A stretch of DNA of 64,000 nucleotides from positions 912,616 to 976,615 of the forward strand of contig OZ245843.1 of the NCBI GenBank assembly GCA_965228875.1, given 5' to 3'. The translations under genes were made by a program, and so were the position numbers. Within the stretch, counting starts at the first letter, position 1; each line of letters opens with the position of its first letter. The notes under the pieces are model-generated. The model worked only from the letters and a program-made list of their open reading frames with translations, searched no databases and was not told where the DNA came from. Origin of the DNA: Thalassobaculaceae bacterium (GTDB lineage: Bacteria; Pseudomonadota; Alphaproteobacteria; Thalassobaculales; Thalassobaculaceae). Shown here piece after piece: positions 19,187 to 28,564 of this stretch.

Positions 19187-19347
19187 CCGCGCTTTCCGAC
19201 AATCATGATAATCCAACGCCGGTTGGCTGGTCCCGCCCGGTGAGACACCGTGGTATCTGTCACAGATGGTGGTGTGTCGCCCGTACGCATATTCGGGTAT
19301 GGTGCCCTGCGTCTGAAGTGGGTGTCGAAGCTGCGGAGTAGGCCGGA

Positions 19348-19842
19348 GTGGGGTTCGGATTCCGGAAAACAGTCTTGCCGATGGTCGCCGTTCTTTGCGG
19401 CGCGATTGTCGGGACCCCGTCGCAGGCGCGTTCGCCGCTGCCGATGTTCCGGGGCGTGGAGACGATCGCCGTTCTCTGCGGGCGGCCAAGCGACGCCGCC
19501 CAACGCGAGGTGTTGTGTACGGCGGCCCAGGCGGTTCTGTCGGATCTGACCGGGCGGGACGTTCGGGTCGGCGCCAGCGGTCTTTCCGATCCCCGGACGC
19601 TGACCGTACTGGTCAACGGGCACCCGGTCGCCGGCCCCGACGGTCCCCTGATGGCGATCACGCTGGACATGGTCCGTAAGGGACATGCGGATGGTGGGCT
19701 CTACGGCACCGCACCGCTGGTCCTGGCGGCGGACGCCCTGGTAACGATTTCTCAACCAACAGCGGCCAAGCTTCGGAAATTCCTCGGCGAATCTGTCGCC
19801 GAGCCCTTCCGACGGGCGACACCCAGCAAGACGGATGGATAG
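19348..19842 (+). CDS. Hypothetical exported protein
   Basis: N-terminal basic and hydrophobic signal-like segment ending TPSQA. The stop lies 3 nt before the protease ATG. Start is 19348 (GTG) or 19381. Confidence 0.55.
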   Translation: MGFGFRKTVLPMVAVLCGAIVGTPSQARSPLPMFRGVETIAVLCGRPSDAAQREVLCTAAQAVLSDLTGRDVRVGASGLSDPRTLTVLVNGHPVAGPDGPLMAITLDMVRKGHADGGLYGTAPLVLAADALVTISQPTAAKLRKFLGESVAEPFRRATPSKTDG

Positions 19843-19845
19843 GCG

Positions 19846-21303
19846 ATGACGGACGCATCCTCGACCTCGGTTCAGCAACCGGCCTGCTACTGCGGAACAT
19901 CCGGTTGCGTCGGGCACAGTTTCGGGACCGCCGACGCCCGGCAGGATCTGAGCACCTCGGAGGCGTCGGGCAACGACTACGTGGATGCGGTCGTCTACAG
20001 CGTCGACAACAAGTGGGGCGTCGGCATGATGGGGGTGGGCACCTCGGTGACCTACTCTTTCATGGAAAGCCTGCCGAGCTACCATGAGGCCGACAGCAGC
20101 TTCACGGTGTTCAACGATGCCATGAAGACGGCCGCCCGTTCGGCGCTTCAGGCCTGGTCCGACGTGTCGAATCTGAGCTTCGTCGAGGTGTCCGACGCCG
20201 GCGACGGCGGCCAGATCCGCTTCGGCGCCAACTACCAGTCTTCATCCGCCGGTTACGCCTACTATCCGTCGAGCAACGATATCGGCGGCGATGTGATGAT
20301 CGCCAACAACTACGACTACAACCTCGACCCCGAGATCGGAGGCTACGGCTACCTGACCATGCTTCACGAGGTCGGCCACGCCATCGGTCTGAAGCATCCG
20401 GGGAACTACAGCGCGGACGCGGAGGGCCCGTTCCTGTCGAGTTCGATCGACAACACCGATACCACCGTGATGTCCTACAATGACGGGTCGGTCTACTACC
20501 CCTCGTCGCTCGGCTGGCTGGATATCCAAGCGGTGCAGTACATGTACGGCACCAGCACGACCGGGACCATCGGCAACGTCACCTGGGGCGAGGACACGGG
20601 CGAGGTGTTCACCGGCAATTCCGGCGTGAACTACTATCTCGGCAATGGCGGCGACGACCTGTTCCAGCTCGCCGGCGGCGACGACGGGGTGATGGCCGGC
20701 TGGGGCAGCGATACGCTCTCCGGCGGCTCCGGCAATGATCTGATGTACGGCAACATCGGCACCGACCTCATGCTCGGCGGTGACGGGGCGGACTCCATCT
20801 TCGGCGGCCAGAACGGCGGCGACACCCAGACCTACGGTTCGGGCTCGACGCTGGCCTACCGCGTCGGATCGGACACCGTTTCCGGTGGGGCCGGGAGCGA
20901 TCTTCTCTACGGAAATCACGGCGACGACCTGATCGTCGGCGGCGACGGCTCCGATACCCTGTTCGGCGGCCAGGACGCCGATACCCTGTCGGGCGGCGCG
21001 GGTTACGACAAGATCTACGGCAATCTGGGCGACGATCTGATCGTCGGCGGCGGCAGCTACGACGAGTTCTATATAACGTCCAACAGCGGCAACGATACGA
21101 TCAGCGACTTCACCTACTACACCGACTATCTCGCCGTGCAGGCGAACGTGAACGGTACCGGTATCGCGTCGACCTCCGACGTGATCTCCCGGGCGAGCCA
21201 ATCGGGCAGCGACGTGGTGATCGACCTTGGTTCCGGCAACTCGGTGACGCTGTCGAACTATTCGGTCAGCCAGCTCAACTCGTTCGACATCTACGTCTTC
21301 TGA
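19846..21303 (+). CDS. Serralysin-like M10B zinc metalloprotease with RTX Ca2+-binding repeats
   Basis: HEVGHAIGLKHP zinc motif, Met-turn TVMSY, many GGxGxDxL nonapeptides, NDTISDF, and a T1SS-type C-terminus. Confidence 0.9.
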   Translation: MTDASSTSVQQPACYCGTSGCVGHSFGTADARQDLSTSEASGNDYVDAVVYSVDNKWGVGMMGVGTSVTYSFMESLPSYHEADSSFTVFNDAMKTAARSALQAWSDVSNLSFVEVSDAGDGGQIRFGANYQSSSAGYAYYPSSNDIGGDVMIANNYDYNLDPEIGGYGYLTMLHEVGHAIGLKHPGNYSADAEGPFLSSSIDNTDTTVMSYNDGSVYYPSSLGWLDIQAVQYMYGTSTTGTIGNVTWGEDTGEVFTGNSGVNYYLGNGGDDLFQLAGGDDGVMAGWGSDTLSGGSGNDLMYGNIGTDLMLGGDGADSIFGGQNGGDTQTYGSGSTLAYRVGSDTVSGGAGSDLLYGNHGDDLIVGGDGSDTLFGGQDADTLSGGAGYDKIYGNLGDDLIVGGGSYDEFYITSNSGNDTISDFTYYTDYLAVQANVNGTGIASTSDVISRASQSGSDVVIDLGSGNSVTLSNYSVSQLNSFDIYVF

Positions 21304-21403
21304 CGCACCGTTCCCGACGGGCTTTGGGGTGTTTACGGCGGACGCCCCGGCCCGCAGAGTAGTGCGCGGACCTGTTTCACGCGTTCTATTCCTGGAGACG
21401 TAA

Positions 21404-22387
21404 ATGCCCGGTGACCCCGCCTTTACGGTCGAGTTGGAGGCGCCCGATGTCTCCGGATATCGCCGCGGGACCGCCGGTATCGACTACGTGCACACCTTCG
21501 ATTCCGGTCTGCCGGGGCCGGATGCGATGATCAACGGCGTGATCCACGGCAACGAGCTGTGCGGCGCCATCGCGCTCGACTACCTGATGCGCCACGGGAT
21601 CCGTCCCGCCAAGGGGCGTCTGACCTTTTGCTTCGTCAATCCGCAGGCCTACCTGAGCTTCGACCCGGACCAGCCGACCCGATCGCGCTTCGTCGACGAG
21701 GACATGAACCGAGTGTGGACCGCGCAGCGCCTGGATGGTCCGGACGACAGCGTCGAACTGCGCCGGGCGCGTGAGCTCCGGCCGCTCTACGACCGGGTCG
21801 AGCGGCTGCTGGACATCCATTCCATGGGCACGTACTCCGAGCCCATCCTGCTGATCCACGGACTCGACAAGGAGCGACGGTTCGCGCGCCGCATGGGCTA
21901 TCCGGCGACCGTCGCCTGCGGATCCGGCCATGTGGAGGGTCTGCGGCTGATCGAGTACGGACCGTTCAACGACCCCGCCACCGACCGGATTGCCTGCCTC
22001 ATCGAATGCGGGCAGCACTGGGCCGCCCGGTCCGCCGATGTGGCGATCGACAGCGCGCTCGTGTTTCTGCACGCGCTGGAGATGATCGACGACGAGACGC
22101 TCGCGGCCCATCGCCGAACCGGGCCCGCAGCGGAGCAGATCATGGTCGACGTCACCCACGGATACTCGATCCGCACCGACGACTTCCGCTTCGTCGAGAA
22201 CTTCAAGGGGCTGGAGCGGTTCCCGAAGGCCGGCACCGTGATCGCGGTCGATGGCGGGGAGGAACTGCGGACCCCCTACGACGATTGCATCCTCGTGATG
22301 CCCAATCACCGCGCGACCAAGGGCCAGCGTGCGCTTCGCCTGGCGCGGCTGTCGGACGTCGGGACGGACGGGGGCGCGGCCGGCTGA
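21404..22387 (+). CDS. Succinylglutamate desuccinylase/aspartoacylase family (M14-like) protein
   Basis: Motifs GVIHGNE, DMNR, LDIHS and ECGQH. Confidence 0.85.
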   Translation: MPGDPAFTVELEAPDVSGYRRGTAGIDYVHTFDSGLPGPDAMINGVIHGNELCGAIALDYLMRHGIRPAKGRLTFCFVNPQAYLSFDPDQPTRSRFVDEDMNRVWTAQRLDGPDDSVELRRARELRPLYDRVERLLDIHSMGTYSEPILLIHGLDKERRFARRMGYPATVACGSGHVEGLRLIEYGPFNDPATDRIACLIECGQHWAARSADVAIDSALVFLHALEMIDDETLAAHRRTGPAAEQIMVDVTHGYSIRTDDFRFVENFKGLERFPKAGTVIAVDGGEELRTPYDDCILVMPNHRATKGQRALRLARLSDVGTDGGAAG

Positions 22388-22398
22388 CCGCGCGGCGG

Positions 22399-22932
22399 CT
22401 ACGGATCTATCCAGGCCGCGTCATCGGCCTCCGGCCCAGACCAGGCGTACCGAGCTCTGCGGTGCGGCGTCCCGCCGATCCACAGCCAATCCCATGCCGA
22501 CCAGACCGCTTCCAGGACGACGAAAAGTTCCGGGTTCGGGGCGCCCGGGCCGTCGCCGTAGAACGCCCGGCCGACGGGGCCGATCGCCTCCCAGCGCGCC
22601 GTCTTAAGGTCGTCGTCCTCGACCTGCCGGATCGACGCGTCGATCCGCAGCTGCTCGCCGGCCGTCTCGTCCCAGAAGGTCAGCGCCGCCCGCGGGTCCG
22701 CGGCGATCTCGGCAACCTTTGCGGAGCGGCGGTCGGTGAAGATCTCGACCCGCCGGGCTTGTGGATCGACGGATCGGATCACCACCGTGCGGGCGGCCGG
22801 CGCCCCGTTGGTGGCCACGGTGGCCAGAACCGGTGTGCGCCAGGGGCCGCGTCGGCTGTCGGCGGCGTCGACGAGGCGGCCGGTGATGTGCGCGACGAGC
22901 GCATCAAGATCCTCGGGAGGCGCGGCTGTCAT
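22399..22932 (-). CDS. Pyridoxamine 5'-phosphate oxidase-like FMN-binding protein
   Basis: Motifs VLATV..G.P.ARTVV.R, FTDRRSAK and EQLRI. The ATG overlaps the MFS stop (ATGA). Confidence 0.78.
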   Translation of the reverse strand: MTAAPPEDLDALVAHITGRLVDAADSRRGPWRTPVLATVATNGAPAARTVVIRSVDPQARRVEIFTDRRSAKVAEIAADPRAALTFWDETAGEQLRIDASIRQVEDDDLKTARWEAIGPVGRAFYGDGPGAPNPELFVVLEAVWSAWDWLWIGGTPHRRARYAWSGPEADDAAWIDP

Positions 22933-24119
22933 ACCGCTTTCCGCGCGGATCGGGCCAGAATGTAGAAGGCGGCCGATCCCAGCGTCGCCAACAGGATCAT
23001 CGTCGACATCGCCGTCTGGTCGACCGTGTTCTGGAAGTAACCCACCACCACGGTGAAGATCGCGCCGGTGAGCATCTGACCGAATCCCATGAGGCCGGAG
23101 GCGGCGCCGGCGATCGTCGGGTTGACGCTGACGGCGCCGGCGATGCCGTTGGGCTGGCTGATGCCGTTGCCGATGGCGACGACGCACATGGGCAGGAAGA
23201 TCGCTTCGGGAACGACGATGCCGGCCAGGACGAGGCCGAAACCCGTGACTGCGCCGACCATCGACACGCCGACACCGAGCGGAATCATGCGGTCGACGCC
23301 GAGCCGGGCGGACAGGCGGTTCGCCAGGAAGTTGCCGCTCATGTAGCCGATGGAGATCAGCACGAAGTAGAAGCCGTACACCTCCGGCCCCTGGTGCAGG
23401 ATCTCGATCATCACATAGGGCGCCCCGGCGATGAAGGAGAAGAAGGCACCGACCGACATGGCGGTGTTCGCGGCGTAGCCGAGATAGGCGCGGGAGCGCA
23501 GCAGGCTGATATAGCTGCGCAGCATGGCCGTCATGTCGATCGAGGGCATCGGGTGCAGGTTGGTCTCGTTCAGACGCAGGAACGCGCCGGCCAGAACCAC
23601 AAGACCCATGGCCATCGGTACGAGGAAGGACGCCTGCCAGCCGAAGCGGGCGTCGATCAGCCCACCGATGGCCGGGCCCATCGCCGGGGCGACGGCCATT
23701 GCCATCGTGATGAGGGCGATCGCGCTGGCGGCCCGGTCCCGCTCGTAGACGTCGCGGACGATGGCACGACCCAGAACCATGCCGGCGCAGCCCCCGATCG
23801 CCTGGAGGACGCGGGCGGCGATCAGGCTTTCGATCGACCAGGCGAGCATGCATGCCAGGTTGGCGATGAGGTATATGACGAGACCGCCGATCAGCGCCGG
23901 CCGCCGGCCAAACCGGTCGGAGATCGGCCCGTAGGCGAGCTGCGCGACGCCGACCGCGACGAGATACAGCGTCAGGGTCAGCTGCGCAGTGGCGTAGTCG
24001 GTGGCGAACACGTCGACCAGACCGGGCATCGACGGCACGAAGATGTTGAGCGCGAGCGGACCGGTGGCGGTCGCCACGATCAGGATCCAGATCGGCGGGG
24101 GGAGGGGTCTGTCTGTCAT
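22929..24119 (-). CDS. Bcr/CflA-family MFS efflux transporter
   Basis: Motifs NIFVPSMP, GPISDRFGRRP, RVLQAIGG and RAIVRD, with about 12 TM segments. Confidence 0.9.
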   Translation of the reverse strand: MTDRPLPPPIWILIVATATGPLALNIFVPSMPGLVDVFATDYATAQLTLTLYLVAVGVAQLAYGPISDRFGRRPALIGGLVIYLIANLACMLAWSIESLIAARVLQAIGGCAGMVLGRAIVRDVYERDRAASAIALITMAMAVAPAMGPAIGGLIDARFGWQASFLVPMAMGLVVLAGAFLRLNETNLHPMPSIDMTAMLRSYISLLRSRAYLGYAANTAMSVGAFFSFIAGAPYVMIEILHQGPEVYGFYFVLISIGYMSGNFLANRLSARLGVDRMIPLGVGVSMVGAVTGFGLVLAGIVVPEAIFLPMCVVAIGNGISQPNGIAGAVSVNPTIAGAASGLMGFGQMLTGAIFTVVVGYFQNTVDQTAMSTMILLATLGSAAFYILARSARKAV

Positions 24120-24149
24120 GAGGCCTTGGCGGCGGGTTGATGCCCTAAC

Positions 24150-25073
24150 TTAACGCAGGTTTCCGGATCGGCCAGCCTGCTTCGTGCCAGCCCTCTCCAT
24201 GCCAGCTGGGCGGGGTGGTCTGACGACCAGGGCGACGCCGAGCGCGGTCACCGCGATCCCGGCCGCGCCGATCGTGCCGATGCGTTCGTCGAAAGCCAGC
24301 CAGGCGAGCAGGGCGGTCGTCGGAGGGACAAGGTAGAACAGGCTCACGACCTTGACCGCCTCGCCGAGGCGGATCATCACCATCAGGAGGGAGAAGGCCC
24401 CGATCGACACCACGACCGTGAGCCAGGCGAGCGACAGGGAGAACGCCGGGGTCCAGGTCACCGCCATGCTTTCGAACGCAAGTGCGCCGGCCAGGGTCGC
24501 CGCCGCCGCCGTCAGGTTCTGTATGGCGCTGCCAGTGGCCACGTTCATGGCGCTGGCGAAGCGTTTCTGATGCAGCGTGCCGATGCTGATCGCGATCAGC
24601 CCGCAGACGCAGGTGGCGAGACCGAGCGGATCCAGGGTCATGATCTCGAGCCGCTCGCCGAGCACCAGGGCGACGCCGGCGAGGCCGAAGGCCAGACCGA
24701 CCCATTGCCGCCCGCTGACCCGCGCGCCGAGCATCCGCCCGGCCAACAGCGCCGTGAGGATCGGCTGCAGGCCGACGATGAGAGCGGCCAGCCCCGCCGG
24801 GACGCCGCGATGGATGGCGACGAAGACACCGCCCAGATAGACGCCCTGCACTAGGAACCCGACGATCGCGATGTGGCCGGCGTCGCGCCAACTGGCCGGC
24901 CAGGGCGCGCGCAGCACCGCGGCGATCGCGGCGAACAGCAGCGTCACCATGGCGAAACGAAGGGCCAGGAACGTCAGCGGCTCGGCATGCGGCAGGCCGA
25001 ACTTCGCGCCAACGAAGGCCGAACTCCAGAGCAGCACGAAGAGGGGCGGGGCGAAGTGGGAGGCGGCGGGCAT
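24150..25073 (-). CDS. DMT/EamA-family transporter
   Basis: Motifs LLWSSAF, P.TFLALRF, LQPILT and FYLVPP, with two EamA halves. Confidence 0.9.
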   Translation of the reverse strand: MPAASHFAPPLFVLLWSSAFVGAKFGLPHAEPLTFLALRFAMVTLLFAAIAAVLRAPWPASWRDAGHIAIVGFLVQGVYLGGVFVAIHRGVPAGLAALIVGLQPILTALLAGRMLGARVSGRQWVGLAFGLAGVALVLGERLEIMTLDPLGLATCVCGLIAISIGTLHQKRFASAMNVATGSAIQNLTAAAATLAGALAFESMAVTWTPAFSLSLAWLTVVVSIGAFSLLMVMIRLGEAVKVVSLFYLVPPTTALLAWLAFDERIGTIGAAGIAVTALGVALVVRPPRPAGMERAGTKQAGRSGNLR

Positions 25074-25234
25074 GAACCGGTGTCGATGTCGGGGCGACCG
25101 TCGGCCGGCCTGTTGAGCGATGGTGTTGTCGCATCCCGAGGCGGATTGTGCTATCAGAACCGTGGGAGATTGGGACGCGTGCGATTGCGTCGGTCTGGAA
25201 GGGCCGGCTGCAGACCCAGGAGTAATCGGTCAGA

Positions 25235-26299
25235 ATGACCTCACCGGTCCCACTAACACCGCCAGGCACGGGAAGTCTGCCACCCCTCGGCATTGCGCCG
25301 GGTGGGCGGTCGACGCCTGCCGGCGTGGGTGGCGGAACGGGTGGCGCCACAGGGTCGGACGGCGCGCGCCAGGAGCGCAGCTCGCTTCCGGGCCGCGCAC
25401 CCTACGGGATCGGGCCCGAGACCGGCATCGCTGACGAAGCCGGGTCGCGCGGGACCGGGAGCGGCGAACCGCTGCGTCCAGGCGGCCCCCTGATCGGCGG
25501 CGGTCCTTTCACCCTGGCCGTCGCCTTCGGACTGCAGGCCGAGCAGACGAGGACCGCGGCAACGGCCGGCAGTGCCGGATCGCCGGTTGAGGCTGCCGAG
25601 ATCGTGGCCCGCAATGCCTCCGAGGAGGAGGGCGGCGGGGCGAACCAGCTCACCGAGGAGGAAGAGGAGGTCGTCCGCGAGTTGCAGGAGCGCGACCGTG
25701 AGGTGCGCCAGCACGAGGCCGCCCATGCCGCTGCCGGCGGGCAGTATGCGGGCTCTCCGCGCTACACCTACCAGTTGGGACCGGATGGTCGGCAGTACGC
25801 GGTCGGCGGGTCTGTCTCCATCGATACCGCGCCGGTCGACGGCGACCCGGAAGCGACGCTGCAGAAGGCGCGCCAGGTGCGCGCGGCGGCGCTGGCCCCG
25901 GCCGACCCGTCATCCCAGGACAGGTCCGTCGCCTCCGCCGCGGCCGCGCTGGAGCGGCAGGCCCTCTCAGAACTCGCGACCGAGCGTCGAGCCGAACAGA
26001 CCGGCGAGGGCGCGACGGAGTCTGCTCCGACCGCTGGCCCAGCCGCTGCCCCAGCCGCTGGCGCAAACCCGGCTGCTTCCGGAGAAGACGGCGCCGCCTC
26101 GATCCCGCAGGCCGCTGCCGGTATCGGCGGGCGGGAGGGGGCGGCGGCCCTTCCGCTGACCGCGGACGGTGGCGACGAAAGGGATGCGCAGGATGACCGT
26201 CGGGGCGGCATCTTCGATCTTGCCGGGATCGTGACGCCGCGATCCTCCGGTTTCGACGGCCGCACGCCGCCGCCGCAGATCGTCTCCATCACGGTCTGA
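25235..26299 (+). CDS. SprA-related family protein (putative metalloprotease)
   Basis: Core L..RDREVRQHEAAH..AGG...YTYQ.GPDG.QYAVGG.V.ID...AALAPADPS.QD with low-complexity flanks. Confidence 0.8.
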   Translation: MTSPVPLTPPGTGSLPPLGIAPGGRSTPAGVGGGTGGATGSDGARQERSSLPGRAPYGIGPETGIADEAGSRGTGSGEPLRPGGPLIGGGPFTLAVAFGLQAEQTRTAATAGSAGSPVEAAEIVARNASEEEGGGANQLTEEEEEVVRELQERDREVRQHEAAHAAAGGQYAGSPRYTYQLGPDGRQYAVGGSVSIDTAPVDGDPEATLQKARQVRAAALAPADPSSQDRSVASAAAALERQALSELATERRAEQTGEGATESAPTAGPAAAPAAGANPAASGEDGAASIPQAAAGIGGREGAAALPLTADGGDERDAQDDRRGGIFDLAGIVTPRSSGFDGRTPPPQIVSITV

Positions 26300-26311
26300 T
26301 CGACGGCTCCG

Positions 26312-27133
26312 TCACCGGGTGGTCGCCGGGGCCTGGGTTCCCTCGTCATCGGCGGGGGCCGGCGGCTCGCGCGCCGCTAGCATGTCCGGATCGAAACCCA
26401 GACACTGCTTGAAACTCTCGGCCGTCTGCTCCGGCGCCTCCGAGCAGGTGTAGAATGTGTTCCGGCAGGATGTGTAGTCGCTCTCGCTGCCGCTGAAGCG
26501 TAGATCCTCGCACAGCTCCATGAAGCGCCTCGCGATCAGCGCGAAAGTCTCGGTCTGATCTTCGATCGAGTCCGTATCGGGATTGAGCGGGCGCACCTTC
26601 AGGAACTGGGCGATGGCCTGGTTCGCCCGGTTCAGGGTGATCTCCGCGTTCTGCCGCTCGCCGAGCAGGGTGTAGTAGGTCACATGGATCGCCTCGCCGA
26701 GCATCATCTGCCGTAGCATCGGGGGGATGAACCCCTCGCGTGCGTCGCCCCAGATGATGAAGCGCACATCGCGGCCGGCGACCCGGTACAGCGTCGGCTC
26801 GCTCGACACCTCCAGCGCCTTCAGCTCCTCGAGATTGACCGGATCGTGGTCGTCGACCCGGTAGGTCGGCAGCCGGTCGGGGGTCAGCATGGCCTGGGAG
26901 GAACGCGGCAGCGAGAACTGTCCCCAGATCGAATTGTCCTTCATCCGCATAAGCTTGAAGCGGTACCCCTCGCGCGTCAGGATACGGGCTTCGAGCAGAG
27001 GGCGTCCGCTGATCGGGTCGGTCAGAACCTCGACATACCACTGGATGCGCTGGGCCAGCGCATCCTGAGCGGCGACCAGGGGGATGGCCAGATGGATCGC
27101 CAGGACGACGACGACGGATTTCGCCAGGGACAT
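26312..27133 (-). CDS. Hypothetical exported protein with a C-terminal 4-Cys cluster
   Basis: Signal peptide (AQDALA/Q) and coding-like composition. ATG 27133 preferred. Confidence 0.65.
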   Translation of the reverse strand: MSLAKSVVVVLAIHLAIPLVAAQDALAQRIQWYVEVLTDPISGRPLLEARILTREGYRFKLMRMKDNSIWGQFSLPRSSQAMLTPDRLPTYRVDDHDPVNLEELKALEVSSEPTLYRVAGRDVRFIIWGDAREGFIPPMLRQMMLGEAIHVTYYTLLGERQNAEITLNRANQAIAQFLKVRPLNPDTDSIEDQTETFALIARRFMELCEDLRFSGSESDYTSCRNTFYTCSEAPEQTAESFKQCLGFDPDMLAAREPPAPADDEGTQAPATTR

Positions 27134-27201
27134 GGAATGGGGTCTCCGCTCGCCGTGGTCCGGCATCGTTGCGGGCGGCATGATAGCGGTAGAGCCGGGC
27201 G

Positions 27202-28023
27202 ATGACGATCCTCGCCAAGCTCGCGATCGCTGCCGGCCTGATCTACCTCGCAGTCTGCAGCACCCTGTTCCTCGTTCAACGACGGCTGCTCTATGTGCCG
27301 GACACCGGCCGCCCGACTCCGGCGGAGGTCGGTCTGACTCGAACGGAGGAGGTGACGGCGCGGACGGCCGACGGGCTGACGCTGACCGGCTGGTGGCTAG
27401 AGGCGGCGGCGGATCGGCCCGTCCTGCTCTACTTCCACGGCAACGGCGGCAACATCGGCGGTCGTGCGAACAAGGCCGAGATCATGCGTAGTGCTGGTTA
27501 CAGCATCCTCCTGGCGGGCTATCGCGGGTATGGCGGCAATCCCGGAACACCGAGCGAGGCCGGGCTGATCGCCGACGGTCGGGCATGGCTCGACCACCTG
27601 GAGGAACGGGGTGTCGACCCGGCGCGCGTCGTTCTCTACGGCGAATCCCTGGGCAGCGGCGTGGCGACCGCCCTCGCGGCCGAACGGTCGGTCGCGGCCG
27701 TGGTGCTCGAGGCTCCGTTCACGTCCATCCGGGCGATCGCCGAACGCCGCTATTGGTATGTCCCGGTTCGCCTGTTGCTGCGCGACCCGTTCGACAGTCT
27801 GGCGCGGATCGCCCGGGTCCGGGCGCCGCTCCTGATCCTGCATGGCGATGCCGATGCGCTCATCCCGCCGGCTCATGGCGAGGCGCTGCACGCCGCGGCT
27901 CCGGAGCCGAAACGGTTCGTCTTGATCCCGGGGGCGACCCATACCAGTCTGGTCGAGGACGGCGCCTTCGCGGAGGTAGAGCGTTTCGTCGCCGACCATG
28001 AGATCGCGACGCAAAACCGGTGA
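27202..28023 (+). CDS. Membrane-anchored alpha/beta hydrolase
   Basis: Motifs YFHGNGGN, YRGYG, GESLG, HGDAD and GATH. Confidence 0.88.
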   Translation: MTILAKLAIAAGLIYLAVCSTLFLVQRRLLYVPDTGRPTPAEVGLTRTEEVTARTADGLTLTGWWLEAAADRPVLLYFHGNGGNIGGRANKAEIMRSAGYSILLAGYRGYGGNPGTPSEAGLIADGRAWLDHLEERGVDPARVVLYGESLGSGVATALAAERSVAAVVLEAPFTSIRAIAERRYWYVPVRLLLRDPFDSLARIARVRAPLLILHGDADALIPPAHGEALHAAAPEPKRFVLIPGATHTSLVEDGAFAEVERFVADHEIATQNR

Positions 28024-28027
28024 CCCG

Positions 28028-28043
28028 TTAACCGATTGTGAAC
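28028..28043. promoter_or_regulatory. Near-consensus CtrA-type box (TTAA-N7-TGAAC)
   Basis: TTAAccgattgTGAAC, plus a TTAAC half-site at 28082-28086, upstream of the flagellar-rod-like gene. Confidence 0.4.
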
Positions 28044-28089
28044 CGCCGGTGCGCTAGACCCTGCAGCATGCGAGTGATAGGTTAACGGT

Positions 28090-28506
28090 ATGGCGATCAC
28101 CAATGGGATCTACAGCGCCCTGAGCGGCCTCGACGCGGCGACGCGGCGGTTCGACAACTCCGCGCGCAACGTCGCCAACGTCGAAAGCGTTGCCGTCCGC
28201 GACGTCACCGCGCCGACCACCGATGCGGAGGGGCGCGATCTTTTCCGCGCCCAGCGCACGCTCGACACCACGACGCAGACCGGCGGCGTCCGATCCACCC
28301 AGCAGATTGCCGACCCCGTCTCGGTGCAGCGTTACGATCCCGACGCGCCCGACGCCGATGGCGAGGGACTGGTTAACCGCCCGAACGTGAGCCTCGATCG
28401 CGAAGTGGTCGACCAGATATCGGCGCAGCGGCAGTTCGAGGCGAACCTGGCGACGATCCGCACCGCCGACGAACTGTTCGAGAGCACACTGGACATCCTG
28501 AGCTGA
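28090..28506 (+). CDS. Orphan flagellar basal-body rod protein, FlgC-like
   Basis: N-terminal SARNVAN motif, YDP..PDAD, and C-terminal PNV.L..E.V..I.AQR.FEANL. Confidence 0.78.
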   Translation: MAITNGIYSALSGLDAATRRFDNSARNVANVESVAVRDVTAPTTDAEGRDLFRAQRTLDTTTQTGGVRSTQQIADPVSVQRYDPDAPDADGEGLVNRPNVSLDREVVDQISAQRQFEANLATIRTADELFESTLDILS

Positions 28507-28564
28507 CGGTTCCGCCAGGGCTGATGGTTACCTCAGGCGGTCCGCGACGCGGCCCCGGGACCGC

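Noticed and set aside
18936..22387. Genomic island or prophage integrated at tRNA-Glu
   Set aside because: No integrase and no partial tRNA 3' duplication (att site) were seen. The second copy is a full tRNA with a different anticodon.
26030..26065. 12-bp repeats (ccgctgNcccag) inside the SprA-related gene
   Set aside because: They encode a low-complexity Ala/Pro linker, with no sign of a separate function.
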